Shown here: piece after piece, positions 12,940 through 22,216 of the stretch
Layout: each line of letters starts with the position of its first letter
Numbering within the stretch: the stretch's first letter is position 1
NCBI GenBank assembly: GCA_964634305.1
Contig: CAZWLE010000005.1
Location: 1-63,126 of the forward strand
Direction of reading: 5' to 3'
Length of the DNA stretch: 63,126 bases
Source of the DNA: an uncultured Candidatus Saccharibacteria bacterium
GTDB lineage: Bacteria; Patescibacteriota; Minisyncoccia; Phycocordibacterales; Phycocordibacteraceae
Made by a program: the position numbers and the translations under genes
The notes under the pieces: generated by a model
Databases searched by the model: none
Seen by the model: only the letters and a program-made list of their open reading frames with translations
What the model was told of the DNA's origin: nothing

Positions 12940-13299
12940 TTAGTAGCCGCCGCCGAAACCTCCGCGGTCGTTGCCGCCGCCGAAGCCTCCACGACCACCA
13001 CCGAAGCCGCCGCGACCACCACGGTCGCCACCACCCTGTGGGCGGTCACCCTGTGGGCGAGCGAAAGAAACGGAGAGCATACGCCCGTCCATCTCCTTGC
13101 CGTCCCAGCGGTCGATAGCTGCCTGGGCCTGAGCCTCGTCAGCCATCTCGACGAAGCCGAAGCCGCGAGAACGACCGGTCATGCGGTCCATGATAATGCT
13201 TGCGGACGTAACCGTACCTGCCTCTTCAAAAGCGGTGCGGAGCTCATCCTCAGTCGTGCGGTAAGGGATACCACCGACGTAAAGCTTGTTGTTAGCCAT
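12940..13299 (-). CDS. RRM-type RNA-binding protein with Gly/Arg-rich tail
   Basis: RNP-2 LYVGGI, RNP-1 RGFGFVEM, and C-terminal GGDRGGRGGFGGGRGGFGGG repeats. Confidence 0.9.
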   Translation of the reverse strand: MANNKLYVGGIPYRTTEDELRTAFEEAGTVTSASIIMDRMTGRSRGFGFVEMADEAQAQAAIDRWDGKEMDGRMLSVSFARPQGDRPQGGGDRGGRGGFGGGRGGFGGGNDRGGFGGGY

Positions 13300-13452
13300 T
13301 GTCTTGTTTGATGCTCGTATTCCTCGCTGTACACCGAACGCATGGAATTAAGGCCGTACCTCCTGCAACCTGCGAGTTACCCGCACTATGCTACAGATAG
13401 GCTTTAAAATCAACCTTTTCTTGGAGGATTGGGGATTACGCGCCAGCGTGAC

Positions 13453-13480
13453 TTGACTTATACTAAAAATCGTGTAATAT
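13453..13480 (+). promoter_or_regulatory. candidate sigma-70-type promoter for the 13522 gene
   Basis: TTGACT, a 16-nt spacer, then TAATAT, about 40 nt upstream of a GGGAGGG Shine-Dalgarno. Confidence 0.35.
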
Positions 13481-13521
13481 AGCGGCACAGCCGCTGAAAA
13501 GCGGACTGGGAGGGCAAAGCT

Positions 13522-13824
13522 ATGGCTCACAAAGCCGCTGTTCTTACCAACCCGAATCACGAGCCCTACCGGCTTCCAATTGGCGTGGGGTTGGGGGTTA
13601 TCGGCGTTATCGCGCTGAACAGCCTTCTCTTCACGCCCGCGCTTCACACGAGCCTGGTGAAATACCCCATCGTTTGCTTCGCAATGATGATGGTCATGTG
13701 GGCGATGACCGTTCTGTTCGGCCGTTGGCGTCCGCGCTGGCCGGCGGTTCTCTTCGTCTCACTGACCATCATCTTCGCGGTCGCACTCGTGCTGACCCTC
13801 GTGTGGTGGATTGTCGCTCGGTAG
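13522..13824 (+). CDS. small membrane protein (100 aa)
   Basis: GGGAGGG Shine-Dalgarno 7 nt upstream. Three predicted TM helices. Confidence 0.55.
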   Translation: MAHKAAVLTNPNHEPYRLPIGVGLGVIGVIALNSLLFTPALHTSLVKYPIVCFAMMMVMWAMTVLFGRWRPRWPAVLFVSLTIIFAVALVLTLVWWIVAR

Positions 13825-13870
13825 AGCGTGATTCGGGTTTCGGCCGCGGCGCAAGCTGCGGTCGAACTCT

Positions 13871-14503
13871 TTATATATGTACGGCCCCGTGTAGTGATGA
13901 AGTATTAATTCCGTCCCACGAAATTTCTCCTTTTACTACTTTGTTTGTGATTTCCGGCTGATAGCGATGCTCTATTTCGTTGACGCGTTTGGCGAGTGTG
14001 TCTGCCGTGTCATCAGGGTGTATCTCGACGGAATGCGAGAAAAAGACAGGACCCTCATCAAATCGTTCAGTGACAAAATGCATCGATACTGCTGAGTGGG
14101 TAATGCGTCCCTTTCTGTAGGCTTCCATTACTTTTTCGTGCGTTGCATGTCCGTAAAAGCCAGGACCACCAAACTCTGGGAGGGGGGCAGGGTGAATGTT
14201 GAACGTCGTTTTGGGATTAAGACCCGTGACGAGTTTTAGCCAGCCGGAAAGGGCAATGAAGTCCGGATTTAGTGGAGCGACCAGTGCTTGGTAGTGTGCG
14301 GCGTCGTAGGGACCTGCGAAAGAGTGAAAGGGAATACGAAGACGCTCAGCTTTTTCTTGCACACCACCATGCTCATGATTACTTACGACACCGACAATTT
14401 CAGCATCGAGTCGTCCGTCGCATGACGCGAGCACCAGATTTTCAAACCCAGAGCCTCCGCTGTCTTTAGTGCCTGAGGCAAAGATGAGCAAACGAGCACT
14501 CAT
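13871..14503 (-). CDS. purN: phosphoribosylglycinamide formyltransferase
   Basis: Formyltransferase core: LLIFASGTKDSGGSGFENL, NIHPAPLP, TERFDEGPVF. Confidence 0.85.
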   Translation of the reverse strand: MSARLLIFASGTKDSGGSGFENLVLASCDGRLDAEIVGVVSNHEHGGVQEKAERLRIPFHSFAGPYDAAHYQALVAPLNPDFIALSGWLKLVTGLNPKTTFNIHPAPLPEFGGPGFYGHATHEKVMEAYRKGRITHSAVSMHFVTERFDEGPVFFSHSVEIHPDDTADTLAKRVNEIEHRYQPEITNKVVKGEISWDGINTSSLHGAVHI

Positions 14504-14544
14504 GTTTTTTGAGACTCAGACAGAAGCTATAGTGAACGCTAGTA

Positions 14545-14901
14545 TCACTCCTGGTCGTCAATTTCCTGAATAGCGTACTCGAGCGGCATAAGGTACGCCT
14601 GTCGCATGACGTCTCGCGGGATATCGAGTTCATCTCCCCATGCCACTGCCATTCCTGGCGTCTCTGTTGCTGCTGCAAAGAAGCTTGTCATCAACTGCTT
14701 TGCAATCTCAGTGTCCTTGCTGAGTTCGCGGAGCTCACTGAGCGTATCAGCAGATAGACTCTCTTCTAGTAAGCCGTTGTTTTCGAGTGCCTTTGCAAGC
14801 GGTTCCTCTAACCGATACAGAGCATCATGAGCTGATGAAGCCGATGTACGTTCGCTCTGATTGTGACTTCCACCCTCAATCCCTCTGTTCTTACCCCACA
14901 T
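14545..14901 (-). CDS. acidic hypothetical protein (118 aa)
   Basis: ORF only. No recognisable motif. Confidence 0.4.
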   Translation of the reverse strand: MWGKNRGIEGGSHNQSERTSASSAHDALYRLEEPLAKALENNGLLEESLSADTLSELRELSKDTEIAKQLMTSFFAAATETPGMAVAWGDELDIPRDVMRQAYLMPLEYAIQEIDDQE

Positions 14902-15038
14902 ATGTGTCTGATTAGGTTTGCTATGTGCGAATCATATCAGAAGGCTCAGGCAAGCAGACAAGAGCGAAAGTTATGCACCTCGGGTACTCGTAAGTTTGTG
15001 TACCGGTGCTACCTTAGCGTCCATAGGAGGATAGTGTC

Positions 15039-15233
15039 ATGCTTCTCCGCCTCGTGCGTGTTCTGGGAATCGTGATTGCCGTTATTGGTGTAATCGGCAT
15101 AATGCTGAACACTTCAGCGGCTGCGCAGCTCGCATTTGTGCCACTAGTGCACTTGTTCGCGATTGCGTTCTGGCTTCTGGTTCTGGCGCTCGGCCTCGCT
15201 CTTCGGGAGCTCAGCCTGCGACTAGCGCTCTAG
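15039..15233 (+). CDS. small membrane protein (64 aa)
   Basis: TAGGAGGA Shine-Dalgarno 7 nt upstream. Two TM helices. A terminator follows. Confidence 0.5.
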   Translation: MLLRLVRVLGIVIAVIGVIGIMLNTSAAAQLAFVPLVHLFAIAFWLLVLALGLALRELSLRLAL

Positions 15234-15243
15234 CCAACCAAAG

Positions 15244-15272
15244 ACGGGCCCGCCAGAAGGCGGGCCCGTTTT
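15244..15272. terminator. bidirectional terminator
   Basis: acgggcccgcc-agaa-ggcgggcccgt-ttt, an 11-bp stem between convergent genes. Confidence 0.7.
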
Positions 15273-15276
15273 GCGG

Positions 15277-16935
15277 TTATTTCTTAAGGAAACTTTCCTC
15301 AATATCAGCGAACGTACCGCCTACTTTTTTCCCTGGATTGAGAATGTTCAACGGGTCAAAGATACGTTTCGTTTCTTCAAAGAGATGCGTCATTTGAGGA
15401 CCAAACTGCTGAGTGAGGTACGGCGTACGGATGATGCCGTCGTTGTGTTCACCGGTAGTAGTACCGCCATATTTAAGGACGAGGTCATAGACCTTTGGTG
15501 CGAGCTCCATAACGATACGTTTGGTATCAGGCGACGACAGGTCCATAAGCGGAATGATATGGAAGTTACCGTTTCCAATGTGGCCTGCAATGGTGTAGAC
15601 GAGGGTGTACTGCGCGAGAAGTGTGTTTAGTTCAGGCAAAAACTGCGGATAAGAATCGGGTGGTACCACGAAGTCATCGATGAAGGGTGCTGCGTAGAGA
15701 CCAGAGAGATTCTTGCGCAGAAGCGCAAAACTCTCGCGACGTACAATCCAGTATTTCTCTGCTGCCTTCTCATCTTTGGCGATACGGACGGGAAGGTTGA
15801 GTGCTGTGAGGGCTTCCTTTGCAGCTGCTGCTTTTGCGCACGCTGCCGCTGCGGTGTCTTCAGCGAACTCTGCCATAAGGATAAGTTTTGGTACGCCACC
15901 ACGAAGCACGAGACCAACCTCTGGAAGGAAGGAAAACCCAAGACGAATAGCGCGTAGCAAGCCCATTTGCATCAGCATCTGCGGCAAGAACTTTACGGCT
16001 AATGAGAGCGTGTGGTCGTCATAGGATTCAAATGACTCAGGACCAAACGGAAGAACAGTCCGCACAATCTCGGGGAGGGCTTCGAGCTTTGCCTGACCGT
16101 GGTCAGATGGCAGGAAGACAATGAGCATCGCGCGGTGCTTCTTTGGTGTTACCAACCGCAGCGTCATTTTCGTCACTAACGCGAGCGTACCTTGCGCCCC
16201 GCAAATCAGTCTCGCGAGGTTAATACGGTTATTGGCATCGAATACATTCCAGAGCGCATAGCCGGCAGAGTTTTTTGAAACGGTAGGACGATGGGCTGCG
16301 ATAAGGTCTTGATTCTTAGTCACAAGGTCCGCTATACCGCGATAAATCTCACCTTCAAGAGTTTGCTGCGCTTTCTTCTCATTCAGTTGCTCCTCGGTGA
16401 GTGCCGAGAACGTTGCTTTGGAACCGTCTGAAAGCACTACGTCTACCGACTCAACATAATCCTCAGTCTTGCCGTACTGGAGTGTGCGCTCGCCACCGGA
16501 ATTGTTATTGAGAATGCCCCCCATAGCGGCAATTGAGCGTGAGGCGGGGTAGGAGGGAAGAATGAGGTTTTTCTTGAGCGTCTCCTTCTCGAAATCGCGA
16601 TAGTACGCACCTGGTTCTACGGACGCAAAGCCACGCTCAATAGCCCCAATACGATTCATATATTTAGTGAACACCGCGACCACCGAGCGGGTGAGCGGAC
16701 CACCGCTCATGTCAGTACCTGCAGAGCGCGCGGTAATGGATACGTCTTCTCCGGCTGACTTTGCGTCATGGACCGCTTTGACCGCAGCCGCTACGTCATC
16801 GGCATTTTTCGGGAAGATAACAACCGAAGGGGTGCGTTCAAAGAGAGACGTATCGCGGGCATATTTTGCACGCTCACTGAGCGCATCAGTGACGTCGCCT
16901 TTGAGCGTGTTCTTTAGTGTCTCAGGTAGGCTCAT
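15277..16935 (-). CDS. FAD-linked oxidase (GlcD / D-lactate dehydrogenase-like)
   Basis: FAD_binding_4-like N-terminal half (FPKNADDVAAAVK, ARSAGTDMSGG). C-terminal GGTTTGEHNDG. Its ATG overlaps the upstream stop (ATGA). Confidence 0.88.
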   Translation of the reverse strand: MSLPETLKNTLKGDVTDALSERAKYARDTSLFERTPSVVIFPKNADDVAAAVKAVHDAKSAGEDVSITARSAGTDMSGGPLTRSVVAVFTKYMNRIGAIERGFASVEPGAYYRDFEKETLKKNLILPSYPASRSIAAMGGILNNNSGGERTLQYGKTEDYVESVDVVLSDGSKATFSALTEEQLNEKKAQQTLEGEIYRGIADLVTKNQDLIAAHRPTVSKNSAGYALWNVFDANNRINLARLICGAQGTLALVTKMTLRLVTPKKHRAMLIVFLPSDHGQAKLEALPEIVRTVLPFGPESFESYDDHTLSLAVKFLPQMLMQMGLLRAIRLGFSFLPEVGLVLRGGVPKLILMAEFAEDTAAAACAKAAAAKEALTALNLPVRIAKDEKAAEKYWIVRRESFALLRKNLSGLYAAPFIDDFVVPPDSYPQFLPELNTLLAQYTLVYTIAGHIGNGNFHIIPLMDLSSPDTKRIVMELAPKVYDLVLKYGGTTTGEHNDGIIRTPYLTQQFGPQMTHLFEETKRIFDPLNILNPGKKVGGTFADIEESFLKK

Positions 16936-18746
16936 GAAAAAAGGTCTATCTTCGTAACGTCGAGTATACCTTCGAATGCGGTAGCGATATCGCGCTCGAC
17001 GGCCTCCGCGGTTTGTTCAAGCTCTTCCTTAGAATGCGCGCTAAGGTCGCCACGCATCATGGTGTAGTACTTCATTTTCGGCTCGTTACCAGATGGGCGT
17101 ACATGTACCGCATTACGCTCGTCATTGGAGAGGAAAAGGGAAATCATATCGCCCTTGTCCCATGCGCGCGTTTCAAGCAGGGCACCGGTCTGTCCGTCCC
17201 ATACTTCGCCGGTCAGACGGTCCATTACTTTGCGCACCGGTATGCCCGCAAGCTCTTTGGGAAGACGTGCTCGAAGCTCATGCATTGCCGCATTCATGCG
17301 GTCGAAGGCTCCAGTACCCTCGATAAGACGATAGTAGAGACGCTCAGCGTAGTATCCGTGCTTTTTGTAGGCGTCTTCTAAGAGCCCAAGTGGCGTAGTG
17401 CCGTTTTGCTTACACCACGCTGTCATTTCGGCTGCGACGACGGCCGGCGTTTCTGCTCCTTTGTCGCGGTAGTCGCGGCTGAAGTTGTATCCCATGCTCT
17501 CTTCACACGCGAACGCGAAGGTTTTTTCTGCTGGAAGACGCTCCTGCCAATCGCCGATGAACTTGAATCCGACTAACAGGTCACCGATAACTTCTGCGCC
17601 ATGCGCTTCTGCGATGTCGCGTAGCAGTTCCGTCGTCACCGATGTCTTGATGACGACAGGATGCGCAGGAAGGCGCTGTTGCTCTGTAAGACGTGCAAAG
17701 AAGAACGCGGCAAGCATTGCTGCTGCTTGGTTTCCGGTGAGGACTCGCCACGCATCGCCATCAGGAACGGCGATACCGAGTCGGTCAGCGTCAGGGTCGG
17801 AGACGAGTGCAATATTCGCATCGGTCTCTTTCGCAAGGGCGAGCACTTGCTGGTAGATGATAGGGAACTCAGGGTTCGGGAAGCGGTCTGGTACGGTTGG
17901 AAAATCACCGTCGAGCGAGGTCTGCTCCTCTACGACTGCAATCTGTGAGAAGCCGAGTGCGGTAAGTACAGGCAGCACGGACTGACTACCGACGCCATGG
18001 AGAGGAGAAAAGGCGATACGCACATCGCGTCCGTCAAAGACGGAAACGGCACGTGCGGATTCGGCGAACGCCTCGTCGACCTCGGCTCCTATCTTGGTGA
18101 CCAGGCCGCTGGTAATCGCGTCCTCAAACGTCACCTTCCGTATTTCTGTTACGGCGAAGAACTCTGCTTCGATACGATGGCCGGCTTCGGGGAGAAGTTG
18201 AATACCTTTTGCGTCGTACACCTTGTATCCGTTGTAGACGGGCGGATTATGGCTTGCCGTAATGACGATGCCGCCAGCGAGCGAGAGATGACGGACGGCG
18301 AACGAGAGCTCAGGCGTCGCTCGGTAGTAAGGAAAGATGTGTACGGGAATGCCATTAGCAGCAAGTACTCGCGCAGTTTCGCGCATGTATTCCTCTGAGT
18401 GGTGTCGACTGTCATACGCGATAGCGATACCACGGTCGACCAAGCCTGGTTCATGCTTCTTGAGGTATTGCGCGTATGCCTGTGACGCCCAACGTATCGT
18501 GGCGTTGTTGATACGGTTGGTGCCGATATCCATGAGGCCGCGTATGCCTCCCGTACCAAAAATAACCGTCTTATAGAACGCATCCATAAGAAAATCCCAT
18601 TCCTTTTGGTCAATGCGTGCGGCCAGTTCATCGCGATATTCTGCGTACTCATCCTCGGAGAGCCAGCGGACGATAGCGTCATGGGCGGCACGATTTACAC
18701 GCTTCTCGTCGAGTGCGTCCTTTAAGGCGGCGAGGGTATCGTTCAT
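16932..18746 (-). CDS. alpha-D-phosphohexomutase (phosphomannomutase/phosphoglucomutase)
   Basis: Active-site ITASHNPPVYNGYK and Mg loop VSDPDADRLG. Real start is the ATG at 18746 (MNDTLAALK), 1 nt after the upstream stop. The longer track ORF overlaps the upstream gene. Confidence 0.9.
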   Translation of the reverse strand: MNDTLAALKDALDEKRVNRAAHDAIVRWLSEDEYAEYRDELAARIDQKEWDFLMDAFYKTVIFGTGGIRGLMDIGTNRINNATIRWASQAYAQYLKKHEPGLVDRGIAIAYDSRHHSEEYMRETARVLAANGIPVHIFPYYRATPELSFAVRHLSLAGGIVITASHNPPVYNGYKVYDAKGIQLLPEAGHRIEAEFFAVTEIRKVTFEDAITSGLVTKIGAEVDEAFAESARAVSVFDGRDVRIAFSPLHGVGSQSVLPVLTALGFSQIAVVEEQTSLDGDFPTVPDRFPNPEFPIIYQQVLALAKETDANIALVSDPDADRLGIAVPDGDAWRVLTGNQAAAMLAAFFFARLTEQQRLPAHPVVIKTSVTTELLRDIAEAHGAEVIGDLLVGFKFIGDWQERLPAEKTFAFACEESMGYNFSRDYRDKGAETPAVVAAEMTAWCKQNGTTPLGLLEDAYKKHGYYAERLYYRLIEGTGAFDRMNAAMHELRARLPKELAGIPVRKVMDRLTGEVWDGQTGALLETRAWDKGDMISLFLSNDERNAVHVRPSGNEPKMKYYTMMRGDLSAHSKEELEQTAEAVERDIATAFEGILDVTKIDLFS

Positions 18747-18747
18747 G

Positions 18748-20661
18748 CTAGCGGAGTGCCGATAGTATACGTGAGAGAGAGCCGGTTGCGACGCCAACCA
18801 CCGTGTCGGCCCCGCCGTAGTAGAGGTAGATAGTGTCCCCGCGAATAACTGCACCGCATGGGAATACGACGTTTGGAATTTCACCCATAAGCTCATACTC
18901 GGCGACCGGCTCAAACACGGGGTCTGCTGTCCGTGCAACCACCTGCATACCGCTTTCATCAAGCAGTGCAGCGCCAACACGATAGCGTTTACGATGCGAT
19001 ACGCCGTGATAGAGCATGAGATAGCCACCGTCGACTTTCAGTGGTGGGCCCGCAATACCTACCTTTGCAGCGTCCCACATGCCTTCACGAGGTCCCATGA
19101 TTTCAATACAGCGAGAGACGGGTTCTCCTGGCGTGAAGCCGTCCATAAGGTCAGCGCAGATGCGTCCTGAGATGCGGTGATAGAGGAGGAACTTCCCATC
19201 CACTTTGTCAGGAAGAAGCGCGAGGTCTTTATCGTCGACCCCAGACGGCGTCACAATCACCGGCTCACTCCAGTTATCAAAGCGCTTAGCAATAAAGTCA
19301 TCGAGCGGAATCGACGTTACGGCGCCTTGGGGCGGCGTCACGCTGTCATACGCGGTGTAGGTCATGTAGACCGTGTTGTCGATAACAGACGTACGTGGGT
19401 CCTCACAGCCGGAGTTGTCGGTTGGTCCGGCACGCTTCATTTCAAAGTCTGCGCGTGGGCCATAGATAGGGACGGGAAGTCGTTCGTCTACCGTGAGACC
19501 GTCCTCTGAGCGTGCATACCCCATAGTCGAGGTGTTGTCGGCACCCATAGCTCGATACACGATATGCACGGACCCTTCAGCATCGATAGCGGCAGGGTTA
19601 AAGACGAGACGTGATTCAAACTCATTCTCTGGAATCGGCTTAAGGATGGGGTTATGAATGTCACGCACGAACACTGGCTCTGCAGAAATATCGAGAGCGG
19701 CAAGCAAATCTTTCGTACGAACGCTTGCTTTTGCGGCGGTTGTGTCTGCGGCGCCGTAATAGATGTCGAGCATCTCACCGTTCTCGACAATTGAAGTAGG
19801 GAAGACGATGTTCTCTATAACGCCATAGCGTTCATAGATTTCTTCAGGAACAAGAAACGGATAGGTGCGCCCAATAACTTTACGAGGGTCATGTAAATCA
19901 AGGAGTGCTGCTTCAACACCAAAGAGACGACGCTTCTCGTCGTAGTAGTGCTGGATGTAGGAATAGACGAGCAGCCAGCCGTGTTCGGTCTTAATAGGCG
20001 GCGCACCCACCTCTATATGGTCTTCGTCAGCGCGCAATGGAATACCCAGTGCATGTTCTTGAAGGCGTTCATGCCACGCGTTCCAGAACTCAGGGTCCCA
20101 AAAGGATTCAATGCTTGATGCGCGTGCAATGCCAATGGTTGGGCGTGGATGCTCTGGGGTGAAATCAGTGTGCGCGGTTACAAGCGCCGCATACTCACCG
20201 TCCACTTTGTCCGGGAAAATGGCGAGTGCTTTTGCGTTAAACGGCGTTGCAAGATGTCGCTCATCAAAATGTTCACCGTCTTCTGATACGGCAATCGCTG
20301 CCTTTATATTGTCGGGACCATACGGACGACCACCAAGGGCGGTGTAGGTGAGGTACGTCTTTCCCTCTATGACCGTTGCGCGCGGGTCTTCGCACCCAAA
20401 GGCTTCCCAGTCTTCGGTGGGGGTAAGTATCTGGCGCGTGTTTTCGAAGTGGACGCCGTCTTCAGAGGTGGCGAGTCCTATCGTTGATTCAGGAGAGAAG
20501 GGCGCGATTATCGCCGATGGTTTTGCGAGAGCCCGGTAATACATGCGCACTTCCTTATCCGTTTTTACCACTGACGGATTAAACGTGGATAGTGCCTGCC
20601 ATGGCTCACCTTGCTTAGGCGCAAGAAGAGGATTTTCAGGATGACGACGTACGACAAACAT
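18748..20661 (-). CDS. tandem double GH130-like (glycosidase/mannoside phosphorylase-like) protein
   Basis: Two homologous halves of about 315 aa. Each has NPxxL/NP(S/A)xx, (M/I)xYRA, SEDG, CEDPR, DKVDG(E/K)(Y/F), GAPP/GPPxK and YYG(A/G)AD blocks. Confidence 0.8.
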   Translation of the reverse strand: MFVVRRHPENPLLAPKQGEPWQALSTFNPSVVKTDKEVRMYYRALAKPSAIIAPFSPESTIGLATSEDGVHFENTRQILTPTEDWEAFGCEDPRATVIEGKTYLTYTALGGRPYGPDNIKAAIAVSEDGEHFDERHLATPFNAKALAIFPDKVDGEYAALVTAHTDFTPEHPRPTIGIARASSIESFWDPEFWNAWHERLQEHALGIPLRADEDHIEVGAPPIKTEHGWLLVYSYIQHYYDEKRRLFGVEAALLDLHDPRKVIGRTYPFLVPEEIYERYGVIENIVFPTSIVENGEMLDIYYGAADTTAAKASVRTKDLLAALDISAEPVFVRDIHNPILKPIPENEFESRLVFNPAAIDAEGSVHIVYRAMGADNTSTMGYARSEDGLTVDERLPVPIYGPRADFEMKRAGPTDNSGCEDPRTSVIDNTVYMTYTAYDSVTPPQGAVTSIPLDDFIAKRFDNWSEPVIVTPSGVDDKDLALLPDKVDGKFLLYHRISGRICADLMDGFTPGEPVSRCIEIMGPREGMWDAAKVGIAGPPLKVDGGYLMLYHGVSHRKRYRVGAALLDESGMQVVARTADPVFEPVAEYELMGEIPNVVFPCGAVIRGDTIYLYYGGADTVVGVATGSLSRILSALR

Positions 20662-20663
20662 AC

Positions 20664-21800
20664 CTATATAAACGTAGGACGGAGCGCAACCGGAACGAGC
20701 TTAGGCGTCTTCTTGTCTTTCAGGTTCTTCAAGAAGCCTGAAAGCGACGTCTTTGCAGCACAGACGACGGAGTCAGCACCACCGTAGTACACAAAGAGCG
20801 TATCGCCGCGTACGACCGCACCGCAGGCGTACACCACGCCTGATTTGAATCCTTCGTTCTCATACCAGGCATCCGGTTCAAGGACTGGGTACGGTGAACG
20901 GGCGATGACCTTTGATGGGTCGGTGAGGTCGAGCAATAGCGCACCAAGCTTGTAGCGATGCGGTTCTTTTGCGTCGGTCGCGTGATAGAGAAGCAGCCAT
21001 CCATCTTTGGTTTTAATCGGTGGCGGCCCCGCACCACGAAGCGTTGAATCCCATACGCTTGGGTCTTTAACGGGATTGTACGGACTCTGAATTTCCGCCT
21101 CTTCCAGATTCTCAACATAATCAACCAGCACACGGTCGCGGCTTCCTGAGTGGAGCGAGTGCAGCACAGCGTATGTACCGTTTATTTTCTCAGGGAAGAT
21201 AACCCAGTTTTTATGTACCTCTCCAACCGGAGAGAGGTAGGCAGGAGGCGTCCACTTCCAGCGCTTCGCGAGCAAGTCACTCGTTTTAATAGAAGAGACG
21301 CCAATGCGCAGAGACTCCCAGCTTGCAAATGCCGAGAAGGAGAGCAGCACCTCATCACCAATCACTACCGCGCGTGGATCTTCCACCCCTGCAAAGCTAC
21401 CGCCCGACTTGGAAAGACCAGTGCGCTCGGCGAACGCGCTCGATGCATTTCCTTCTATGGCAAAGACGGGATAGGGAAGACGCTCATCAAATGTGGCACC
21501 ATCTTTTGATGATGCATAGCCAATACGCGAGACACCGTCAGACCCAACGGCACGATAAAAGAGATGGACACGTCCGCCTGCTTCAACCGCTGCAGGATTC
21601 ATCACGCCGCCTTGCTCCCATCCATGTCCTGCACGAAGTACGGGATTACCATGTTCACGGGTGAGCCCCAGTGAGCGCGCAAATTCTGCGAGTCGTTCAC
21701 GTATAGCTTGTGAGCGTATGAGATGCCACGCGCCATATAAAAAGAGCGCGGTTACCCCGAGTGCAGCTCCGTAGATTACGAGGAGAAGGATGAGCTCCAT
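20664..21800 (-). CDS. GH130-like protein with N-terminal TM anchor
   Basis: N-terminal TM helix, then the same blocks: MNPAAVEAGGRVHLFYRAVG, SKDG, VEDPR, GAGPPPIKT, YYGGADS. Confidence 0.8.
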   Translation of the reverse strand: MELILLLVIYGAALGVTALFLYGAWHLIRSQAIRERLAEFARSLGLTREHGNPVLRAGHGWEQGGVMNPAAVEAGGRVHLFYRAVGSDGVSRIGYASSKDGATFDERLPYPVFAIEGNASSAFAERTGLSKSGGSFAGVEDPRAVVIGDEVLLSFSAFASWESLRIGVSSIKTSDLLAKRWKWTPPAYLSPVGEVHKNWVIFPEKINGTYAVLHSLHSGSRDRVLVDYVENLEEAEIQSPYNPVKDPSVWDSTLRGAGPPPIKTKDGWLLLYHATDAKEPHRYKLGALLLDLTDPSKVIARSPYPVLEPDAWYENEGFKSGVVYACGAVVRGDTLFVYYGGADSVVCAAKTSLSGFLKNLKDKKTPKLVPVALRPTFI

Positions 21801-21803
21801 AGA

Positions 21804-22163
21804 TTATGGTGCGCGCCCAAAATCATCTTCAAGACGCACAATGTCATTTTCATCAAACTCGCCAAACGCAATCTCAAGTACCTCAATACCTTCTGCACCT
21901 CCTTCAAGGCGGTGCTTGGCACCTACTACAATCAGCATTTCATCGCCGGTGCGTACGTCCTTTGTTTCGTCACCAACCGTTGCTTTGCCGTACCCTTTAA
22001 TGACACGCCAAAACTCCTCACGCTTTGCATGCGTCTGGAGTGAGAATCGTTTACCTGCCTCGACACGCAGAATCTTCACCGAGCATGGCTCGTTATGAAT
22101 GAAGCGCTCGAATGAGCCCCATGGTCGCTCCTCCTTTATATAGTCGTGCAGCGGATGACTCAT
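21804..22163 (-). CDS. cupin-domain mannose-6-phosphate isomerase (type II PMI-like)
   Basis: ERPWGSFERF...KILRVEAGKRFSLQTHAKREEFWRVIKGYG...AKHRLEG, as in the C-terminal cupin of ManC/PMI. Confidence 0.72.
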   Translation of the reverse strand: MSHPLHDYIKEERPWGSFERFIHNEPCSVKILRVEAGKRFSLQTHAKREEFWRVIKGYGKATVGDETKDVRTGDEMLIVVGAKHRLEGGAEGIEVLEIAFGEFDENDIVRLEDDFGRAP

Positions 22164-22216
22164 GCTTGGCTCATTGTAGCGCGTCGCGCAGCGAGAAATG
22201 CTATAGTTTTCTGTGA

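Noticed and set aside
12940-13060. Short tandem GGC/GGT-rich DNA repeats.
   Set aside because: They encode the Gly/Arg-rich tail of the RRM protein. This is not a non-coding repeat or CRISPR-like array.
18747-19028. N-terminal 94-codon extension of the phosphohexomutase ORF (track ORF 16932..19028).
   Set aside because: It overlaps the 3' end of the upstream GH130 gene. The homologous protein begins at the ATG at 18746, 1 nt after that gene's stop.
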